Virus record (IMG/VR): IMGVR_UViG_3300033052_000026
Span: 1 to 45,080 of that record
Strand: one strand, 5' to 3'
Length of the DNA stretch: 45,080 bases
Source of the DNA: a virus
Shown here in pieces: positions 1 to 5,176 of this stretch. Within the stretch, counting starts at the first letter, position 1, and every line of letters begins with the position of its first letter. Under the pieces are notes generated by a model. That model did no database searches and had not been told where the DNA came from. It saw nothing but the letters and a program-made list of their open reading frames with translations. The translations under genes and the position numbers were made by a program.

Positions 1-147
1 ATCGCCCAGATACAGCGTGCAATCGCCGATCCGCTCCATGCGCTTCCACGGGCGCCCTTCCCAATCGTGGGTATCGCCGCGCTGGCGCTTGGCCTCAATC
101 GCCGCGTCATAGCTCTTGCGGGCGTCGTCGGCAGGGTCGTAGCTCAT
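1..147 (-). CDS. First 49 codons of the beta-class DNA methyltransferase, a duplicate copy created by the terminal overlap
   Basis: Reverse-strand ATG at 145-147. Sequence is identical to 44842-44988 (MSYDPADDARKSYDAAIEAKRQRGD...). Confidence 0.8.
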   Translation of the reverse strand, partial: MSYDPADDARKSYDAAIEAKRQRGDTHDWEGRPWKRMERIGDCTLYLGD

Positions 148-239
148 GAATAATCCCCCAACACCCGATGCAGGGTTGCCCTGCCACGGCTTATGCGTGA
201 CTTGATGGTGCCGATTGGAACACCGTGCCGAGCGGCCAT
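1..239. repeat. Terminal direct repeat, left copy (identical to 44842-45080)
   Basis: Base-by-base comparison of both window ends; all 239 nt are identical. Confidence 0.95.
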
Positions 240-626
240 GTCTTCGAGCGTGACCCCATTAACCGATGCCCAAAGGACCTCGCGCTGGTCCTCGACCAGA
301 TCGTCCAGATGAGACAGCGCATCCTTGGCTTCCAGCGAGGCGGCCTGATCCTCCTTCGCGGGCAGATGCATCGTCAAAATGCCGTCGCTGTCGGCGATGA
401 GACGGCCGGCTTTTCGACCCTGCGAACAAAAGAGATTGCGCAATATGACGAACAGCCACGCCCGGAGGTTTGTCCCGGCCGCGAACCGATGCTCGTTTTC
501 AAGCGCCCGACAGATGGTTTCCTGCACGAGGTCCTCGGCGTCGTCCTTTCGCCGCACGAGGCGCATGGCGAACTGAATGAGCGAACGCCGCTCGGCTACG
601 AGGAGATTGGCGAAGGCGGCTGTCAT
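144..626 (-). CDS. ECF-type sigma-70 family RNA polymerase sigma factor (160 aa)
   Basis: Region 2-like DAEDLVQETICRAL...LRAWLFVILRNLF and region 4 HTH LEDMAARHGVPIGTIKSRISRGRATL. The in-frame ATG at 626 lies 1 nt after the upstream stop. Its stop overlaps the methyltransferase ATG (ATGA at 144-147). Confidence 0.85.
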   Translation of the reverse strand: MTAAFANLLVAERRSLIQFAMRLVRRKDDAEDLVQETICRALENEHRFAAGTNLRAWLFVILRNLFCSQGRKAGRLIADSDGILTMHLPAKEDQAASLEAKDALSHLDDLVEDQREVLWASVNGVTLEDMAARHGVPIGTIKSRISRGRATLHRVLGDYS

Positions 627-627
627 G

Positions 628-801
628 TCACAGCCCTGCCATCGCCAGCACAAGCCACAGCGCCGCGAAGATGGCCGCCCACGCCGCCAGGCAGGCGATC
701 ACGATGACCAGAGCCCAGCCGCGAAACCGGCGGCGGTCGTCAGCGCATTCGCCGGAGCAGCAGCATTCCGGCCAGTAGATGCAGGTTTCGGGAACGCTCA
801 T
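628..801 (-). CDS. 57-aa Cys-rich single-pass membrane micro-protein
   Basis: Below the ORF-track cutoff. Hand translation: MSVPETCIYWPECCCSGECADDRRRFRGWALVIVIACLAAWAAIFAALWLVLAMAGL. The ATG at 799-801 overlaps the stop of 798-1199, and the stop at 628-630 abuts the sigma ATG. Confidence 0.5.
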   Translation of the reverse strand: MSVPETCIYWPECCCSGECADDRRRFRGWALVIVIACLAAWAAIFAALWLVLAMAGL

Positions 802-1199
802 TTCACAGACCCCCTGCTTTTCGGTCCAGCCACAGCAGCAGCCAGGCCAGCCATTTTCGAATTGCGCGCATCTGCCAGCACCTTTTCACGTTCGTAAGCA
901 GCCTCGCCCGACGCGACGACGAGGCCGTAGGCGTGGCGAGCAAGCATGAGTGCGCGGTACACCGATCCACGCACGTCGGACATTTCACCGGTTTTGTATT
1001 TGAGGCGGAAAAGATAGCTTTCCGAAACACCGATGCTTCTGGCGAGGCGATACCGGACAAGGTTTTCCTTGTCCCCTCGCCCCTTCCATTCGGCATCCAT
1101 AAGCTCGTCCGCCCATTTGGCAGCTTCTGTCAGCGCGGTGCTACTCATGGCATCCTCGGAAATTGTTTTTCCGGTTTCGGAAACTCTTTTGTCGGACAT
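798..1199 (-). CDS. Hypothetical protein, possible HTH (LARSIGVSESYLFRLKY)
   Basis: 133-aa ORF packed tightly between its neighbours, with an ATGA overlap to the downstream micro-ORF. Confidence 0.65.
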   Translation of the reverse strand: MSDKRVSETGKTISEDAMSSTALTEAAKWADELMDAEWKGRGDKENLVRYRLARSIGVSESYLFRLKYKTGEMSDVRGSVYRALMLARHAYGLVVASGEAAYEREKVLADARNSKMAGLAAAVAGPKSRGSVK

Positions 1200-1201
1200 T
1201 T

Positions 1202-1702
1202 CTACGCCCCGTTGTTACGTTCCTTGTCATGAACACGGGCGGAGAACAGAAAGGACGGACTGAGACTGATGAAGAAGCCGCGCGACGTTTGCTTGGCCGC
1301 ATGGACGCGCGGAAGGGTCGGGCTTCGGGGTGCCTCAAAAGCCCCGAGAGATTCAATCAGCCGGGAAACCAGGCTGAGACACGGGGACTGGGACAGTCGG
1401 AGGAGGAACACCGACACCAGCTCCCGCATTGCAATGACAATGGAAGAAAGATGCTCGGAGAGAAGCGCGGCGAGGATGCGCCTCAATCTCCGAGCAAGCA
1501 GCCCTGCCGAGGGGGGGGACGGGAGGACCGGCAGGGGTTCGAAAGGATGGGTGGATGCGTGGGCTGGTACTTCCCAGACTTCGGTAGTTTCAGTTCGACG
1601 GATGGCAAGGCGGCCACGCATCCTCACCAGGACGACGCCTTGCCGGCAGATCGCGCTGGCCGTGAAGGCCCCACGCTCCGGGTGATTTCGAAATGAGAAC
1701 AT
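1202..1702 (-). CDS. Hypothetical protein (166 aa)
   Basis: The ATG at 1700-1702 overlaps the upstream stop at 1702-1704 (ATGA). Its stop lies 2 nt before the next ATG (1199). No family recognised. The competing + strand ORFs 1163-1696 and 1269-1685 look like shadows. Confidence 0.45.
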   Translation of the reverse strand: MFSFRNHPERGAFTASAICRQGVVLVRMRGRLAIRRTETTEVWEVPAHASTHPFEPLPVLPSPPSAGLLARRLRRILAALLSEHLSSIVIAMRELVSVFLLRLSQSPCLSLVSRLIESLGAFEAPRSPTLPRVHAAKQTSRGFFISLSPSFLFSARVHDKERNNGA

Positions 1703-2586
1703 CAGGCCGCCTCATGCTCGGCCATGGCCTTGCGGCACGAATAACAATGCTGCAATCCGCTGGCGGCGCAGGCATCAGGCCTCTGGCAATGTGGACGGTA
1801 GTCCGCCGCAGTCTTCTTCGAGATGAGGAAGGTCGGCACGTCGGCATCGGAAATGGTTGCCCCGGAGACTTGGGGGGGAGGGCAAGCCTCCGGGGCGCGG
1901 TCTGCCTGCGGGGAGGAGGGCACAGGCAAGGTGTTGGACGGCGACGGTTCAACGTCATCGACGTTCGCCAGTCGGGCCGTGCCCTTCACTGCAGCGAATG
2001 CGTCGCCGTCCGTCTCGGTTATTTCGTGACGTGCTTCACGGCCCACATGACCGCTTCTTCCGTCTTCGTCTTGGCGAGCGAGAGTTCCCTCGACTGGCCC
2101 GCCGTGTCGATCAATTCCAGAAGCTCCATCCCCTTGTCCTTGATCGCCTTCATCAGCGCCTTCTCGGCGTCCGTGAGCACTCGATACTCGTGCCGCATCA
2201 CGTTGTTTGTCGTCCTTGCGTCCGACGTGCTTTCCACTGTCTGCGTCATGATCTTCTCCGGTTGCAAATCTGGTAGCCGCGCCCTTGGCTACGGCGTATT
2301 CGTTGGCCTCACGTGCATGCGTGTGCGTAGCAAGCCGCGTGCCAGATGCGCGCTCGTAGGCATCGAGGTAGAGGTCAAAGACCGACTGCTTTTCAGCAAC
2401 AGCATCGGCGCCCTTCTTCTCGACCTTACGCAGGTGCGAGACGAGTTCGCCCATTGCGGTCTTATCGTACCCCTCACCCTTGGCTTCGGCATACACTTCG
2501 CGGATATCGGCAGCGAGCGTGTCCTGCTCTTCCTTCATGCGAAGAACGCGATCGATGAAGCCTTTCAAACGCAGATCGGCGCTCAT
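1702..2586 (-). CDS. GapR/DUF2312-like nucleoid-associated protein; formal ORF with no stop for 294 codons
   Basis: The ATG at 2584-2586 overlaps the Cro-like stop. The first ~95 aa fit the GapR pattern (FIDRVLRMKEEQDTLAADIREVYAEAKGEGYDK...SVFDLYLDAY). The middle looks non-coding. The last ~95 codons (possible GTG start at 1989) carry PHCQRPDAC..HCYSC and may be a separate gene. Confidence 0.6.
   Translation of the reverse strand: MSADLRLKGFIDRVLRMKEEQDTLAADIREVYAEAKGEGYDKTAMGELVSHLRKVEKKGADAVAEKQSVFDLYLDAYERASGTRLATHTHAREANEYAVAKGAATRFATGEDHDADSGKHVGRKDDKQRDAARVSSAHGRREGADEGDQGQGDGASGIDRHGGPVEGTLARQDEDGRSGHVGREARHEITETDGDAFAAVKGTARLANVDDVEPSPSNTLPVPSSPQADRAPEACPPPQVSGATISDADVPTFLISKKTAADYRPHCQRPDACAASGLQHCYSCRKAMAEHEAA
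2019..2249 (-). CDS. 76-aa helical-hairpin protein, Acb2/Tad1-hairpin-like (candidate cyclic-nucleotide sponge)
   Basis: SD GGAGAAG lies 3 nt before the ATG at 2249. C-terminal motif is RELSLAKTKTEEAVMWAVKHV. By hand count, 64 of 76 codons end in G/C. It is nested in another frame of ORF 1702-2586. Confidence 0.6.
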   Translation of the reverse strand: MTQTVESTSDARTTNNVMRHEYRVLTDAEKALMKAIKDKGMELLELIDTAGQSRELSLAKTKTEEAVMWAVKHVTK

Positions 2587-2807
2587 GCTGCGCGCTCCCC
2601 GGGCTTGGGGGCTTCGAAAAAGAGCTTGTCCGACCACTTGATACGCCGAGCCGCCGCTGCCGCCCTTATGCGCTGCATCTCATCAAGCGTTGGCGAGCCG
2701 CCCTTTTCCCACCGGGAAATCGTCGCCTGCGTCACGCCAGCCACGGCTGCGAATTCAGCTTGGCTAAGGCGAAACACGGTTTTTCGGATGTGCTTAATCG
2801 GGCTCAT
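2583..2807 (-). CDS. Cro-like XRE-family HTH regulator (74 aa)
   Basis: HTH LSQAEFAAVAGVTQATISRWEKG. Divergent from the CI-like gene. First gene of the leftward early operon. Confidence 0.8.
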   Translation of the reverse strand: MSPIKHIRKTVFRLSQAEFAAVAGVTQATISRWEKGGSPTLDEMQRIRAAAAARRIKWSDKLFFEAPKPGERAA

Positions 2808-2813
2808 GGCGCA

Positions 2814-2842
2814 TTTATACGCATACGCATAGATTTTGGCAA
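2814..2842 (-). promoter_or_regulatory. Leftward early promoter: -35 TTGCCA, 17-nt spacer, -10 TATAAA, 6 nt before the cro-like ATG (leaderless geometry)
   Basis: Reverse-strand read: TTGCCA(2842-2837)-17 nt-TATAAA(2819-2814)-tgcgcc-ATG(2807). Confidence 0.45.
2817..2830. promoter_or_regulatory. Operator-like site ATACGCATACGCAT
   Basis: Overlaps the -10/spacer of the leftward promoter. The 16-mer TATACGCATACGCATA recurs in inverted form at 4815-4830. Confidence 0.5.
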
Positions 2843-2865
2843 GGGCCTATACGTTGGTGTATTTT
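2836..2865 (+). promoter_or_regulatory. Rightward CI promoter candidate: -35 TTGGCA, 18-nt spacer, -10 TATTTT, 6 nt before ATG 2872
   Basis: Its -35 overlaps the leftward -35 (TTGGCAA palindrome-like core). Geometry mirrors the leftward promoter. Confidence 0.35.
2849..2862. promoter_or_regulatory. Operator-like site ATACGTTGGTGTAT
   Basis: Imperfect ATACG-N4-CGTAT dyad overlapping the spacer/-10 of the CI promoter candidate. Confidence 0.4.
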
Positions 2866-2871
2866 ATTTCC

Positions 2872-3513
2872 ATGCCACCCCTTGATATGCGCTGGCGTAT
2901 GGAGTTGAAGACAGCTATCCGCCGGTTGCGCACCGCAGCAGAAATGAACCAGGGCGAGTTCGCTTTAGCCCTCGGAACAACTCAGCCTACCGTTTCAAGA
3001 TGGGAACGCGGCGCAAAACCTGAATTTCCGTTCATCGCGAAGTTAAAATCCTTTGCAGACGAGCGGGGCTTTGACTTTGACTTATCGGAGACTGGCTGGG
3101 AAACCGGCTGGACACAGACTGTGAGTGTATTCGGATATGTTGGGGCTGGCGCCGAGGTCACGCCGATCCTACACGATGACCATAATGGCCTTGACGCGGT
3201 GGAGGTCGATTTCCCGATCCCGGAGGGAACGGGAGCGGTCATTATTCGCGGCGATTCACAGATGCCCGTCTTCGAGGATGGCGACTTAGTCGGTTACCAT
3301 CGGGAGGGAAGGCCGCCCAACGATCTGATCGGCAAAATGTGCATCGTTCGCCTGGCGGACGGCCGGATGTTCATAAAAAAGATCCGGCGCGGCTCAACGG
3401 ATGGGGTGTTTACGTTGGTCAGCTCCAATGCGGCGGATATTGACGATGTTGTAATCGAATGGGCGGCGCCATATCGGTTCCGCATCCCGCGAGAGGAATG
3501 GACGCGGGTCTAA
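2872..3513 (+). CDS. CI-like repressor, XRE HTH plus S24 (LexA-type) autopeptidase domain
   Basis: HTH MNQGEFALALGTTQPTVSRWERG; Ala-Gly (VGAGAE); GDSQMP Ser motif; FIKKIR Lys. Start 2872 is preferred (leaderless geometry). ATG 2887 and 2899 are alternatives. The ORF-track TTG at 2836 lies inside the promoter. Confidence 0.85.
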   Translation: MPPLDMRWRMELKTAIRRLRTAAEMNQGEFALALGTTQPTVSRWERGAKPEFPFIAKLKSFADERGFDFDLSETGWETGWTQTVSVFGYVGAGAEVTPILHDDHNGLDAVEVDFPIPEGTGAVIIRGDSQMPVFEDGDLVGYHREGRPPNDLIGKMCIVRLADGRMFIKKIRRGSTDGVFTLVSSNAADIDDVVIEWAAPYRFRIPREEWTRV

Positions 3514-3590
3514 TGGCAGGAGCCGCGACCTAGCGGGCGAGGATGAGGCGAAGGCGCGCGGATCTAGTGAGGGGCAAGGACGGCGAGTGA

Positions 3591-4163
3591 ATGATCAATC
3601 CGGCGTTTATTAACTTCCCGGATGAAGCCGCGTTGATCGGCGCAATGGTCGTCGGGTATGGGGAGTTGGAGCTTTCATACGGCGCTCTCGCAGGCGACAT
3701 TATTGGCGACAAGTGGTCGGTACTAAAGGCATTCCACTACATCCGCTCGGAAATGACGCGGATCGACGTAGCAAACGCCCTTTGTGAAACGAAGGTCGTG
3801 GCGATGGGTTTCGCTGATGAGTACGCCCAGGTCCTGACCGCGCTGAAATACTGCCGTGAAGTCAGAAACCGCTATACCCATCAGCAGTGGGGCGACATGG
3901 ACGGGATGCTTTGCATCACCAAGGCGGAAGCGGCATTCCAAAAACGCGAGCGCCCTACTTGGTACACCCTGGATCTTGCGCTGATTGAAGCGCAGGAAGC
4001 ATTCTTCGAATACACCAGGTTGTGCATCCTGACCCTTCACACGTGTGTGGACTATCACCGATCTGGCAAAGCTCGCCCAGTCCAGCGGCGTGCAAAACAG
4101 ATACCGCCACCTCTGCACAAAGGTGCTCTGACGCTGACACCTCCGCCCGATCAGACAAAATAG
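3591..4163 (+). CDS. Hypothetical 190-aa protein downstream of CI; HEPN-like RNxxxH motif (candidate RNase / abortive-infection effector)
   Basis: CREVRNRYTHQQW at nt 3864-3881. Helical-looking sequence. More AT-rich than its neighbours. Same strand as CI and 77 nt downstream of it. Confidence 0.6.
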   Translation: MINPAFINFPDEAALIGAMVVGYGELELSYGALAGDIIGDKWSVLKAFHYIRSEMTRIDVANALCETKVVAMGFADEYAQVLTALKYCREVRNRYTHQQWGDMDGMLCITKAEAAFQKRERPTWYTLDLALIEAQEAFFEYTRLCILTLHTCVDYHRSGKARPVQRRAKQIPPPLHKGALTLTPPPDQTK

Positions 4164-4299
4164 ACCCCACCTCGGCCACAAGGATGTCTGCCGCGTCCGG
4201 TTGATGGAATTCAACACCACGCACCAATCGGGCGAACGCCGTGATCTCCCAATCCGTCATTTCCCGAAGGGACGGGATCGGCTGATAGCCTTCATCCAT
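3955..4299 (-). CDS. Hypothetical 114-aa ORF convergent with, and overlapping, the 3' end of 3591-4163
   Basis: Good SD (AGGAGcagagaagaATG) before the ATG at 4299. Only the first ~45 codons, outside the overlap, look coding. Confidence 0.3.
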   Translation of the reverse strand: MDEGYQPIPSLREMTDWEITAFARLVRGVEFHQPDAADILVAEVGSILSDRAEVSASEHLCAEVAVSVLHAAGLGELCQIGDSPHTCEGSGCTTWCIRRMLPALQSAQDPGCTK

Positions 4300-4608
4300 T
4301 CTTCTCTGCTCCTGTTTGAATCGACAGCCGCACAGCGCCGTGCTTTTATCTCGGCACCTGCAGCCCCGGCGAGGAACCGACTGGTAATCGGCTACCCCTC
4401 GCCGGGACAACTGCAGCCTGTGCTCTGGACCGGAAAGGAGCCCTCACACGGCCAACCGGACCGACCTCCAGATACCACACAGGGCCGCCAACGGCTGAGC
4501 GCTCAGCCAGAGGCGGGCCGGTAGACCAAGAGAACGGCGGCTTATCCGTTCCTGCTTGGCATGAACACGAAACCGTAAGGTTCCGTGCGCACGGGCCGGA
4601 GACTTCTC

Positions 4609-4698
4609 ATGAAGAAGCCCACGGTCAGCATCGAGATTTCGATTGATGTCGTCGCCTGCATCCTGCTCGTGATCGACATCATCGTACGTCTCATCTGA
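4609..4698 (+). CDS. 29-aa hydrophobic/amphipathic peptide MKKPTVSIEISIDVVACILLVIDIIVRLI
   Basis: SD GGAGA lies 6 nt before the ATG. By hand count, 23 of 29 codons end in G/C. The stop lies 6 nt before an intrinsic terminator hairpin. Confidence 0.45.
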   Translation: MKKPTVSIEISIDVVACILLVIDIIVRLI

Positions 4699-4704
4699 TG
4701 CCTT

Positions 4705-4740
4705 GAAGCCCTCGGTCACTCCGGGGGCTTCTTGCTTTCC
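4705..4740 (+). terminator. Rho-independent terminator closing the rightward immunity transcript
   Basis: 9-bp stem GAAGCCCTC/GGGGGCTTC (4705-4713 / 4723-4731), 9-nt loop, then TTGCTTTCC. Confidence 0.55.
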
Positions 4741-4785
4741 GGCACATCATGATTTGCACAGTTCGGGCGGTGTGTCAAAAAAGAT

Positions 4786-4799
4786 ATACGCACACGTAT
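4786..4799. promoter_or_regulatory. Operator-like perfect dyad ATACGCACACGTAT
   Basis: 14-bp palindrome (ATACG-CACA-CGTAT) upstream of the rightward early promoter. Confidence 0.45.
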
Positions 4800-4807
4800 T
4801 TTTGCGC

Positions 4808-4835
4808 TTGCCATTTATGCGTATGCGTATATATT
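4808..4835 (+). promoter_or_regulatory. Rightward early promoter candidate: -35 TTGCCA, 16-nt spacer, -10 TATATT
   Basis: The spacer contains operator 4817-4830. The SD GGAGAG and ATG 4873 follow. Confidence 0.4.
4817..4830. promoter_or_regulatory. Operator-like site ATGCGTATGCGTAT (inverted copy of 2817-2830)
   Basis: TATGCGTATGCGTATA (4815-4830) is the exact reverse complement of 2817-2832. Confidence 0.5.
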
Positions 4836-4872
4836 CCTCTCCATACCCGCCGCACTGGCAAGGAGAGACGAG

Positions 4873-5175
4873 ATGGACCACGGCATTCTGAACATCCCGC
4901 TCAGCAAGCGCGGGAACATTGACGCCCAGATCGACGCCTACAAGGCGCAACAGGCCGCCCAACGCAAGGCGGAGCGGAAGGCTACGCATGCGCAGGTCGC
5001 CGCAGATCGCAACGAGGCCAAGAGCCTGATCGCCAGCATGGGCTCGGAGCGGCTGTCCGCTCTCTGCTTGCGCTTCAATCTCCGCCCTTCCGTGATGTTG
5101 GCACGCCTCAAGTCAGACGCCCATTGGCAGCCTCGCCTCATCATCGCGTTGCTCACCAGGGCGGAGGGCCGCTGA
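4873..5175 (+). CDS. Hypothetical early protein (100 aa)
   Basis: SD GGAGAG before the ATG. First gene of the rightward operon. Confidence 0.7.
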   Translation: MDHGILNIPLSKRGNIDAQIDAYKAQQAAQRKAERKATHAQVAADRNEAKSLIASMGSERLSALCLRFNLRPSVMLARLKSDAHWQPRLIIALLTRAEGR

Positions 5176-5176
5176 G

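Noticed and set aside
1163-1696. + strand ORFs 1163-1696 and 1269-1685 as genes in the 1.2-1.7 kb interval.
   Set aside because: They would be convergent inserts in a tightly overlap-coupled leftward operon. The leftward ORF 1202-1702 has ATGA coupling at its start and a 2-nt gap at its end. The + strand translations are Arg/Gly-rich shadows.
2836-2871. The ORF-track TTG start (2836) for the CI-like repressor, adding MARAYTLVYFIS to the N-terminus.
   Set aside because: It would place coding sequence across both -35 boxes and an operator of the divergent promoters. There is no SD. ATG 2872 (leaderless geometry) or ATG 2887/2899 are more plausible.
4201-4719. ORFs 4201-4524(+) and 4444-4719(-) in the untranslated-looking part of the immunity region.
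   Set aside because: Neither has a usable SD; the GTG at 4719 directly abuts GGAG. Codon bias is weak. The products are Pro/Arg/Gly-rich or acidic and unstructured. The region is better treated as a leader or ncRNA candidate upstream of the 29-codon ORF.
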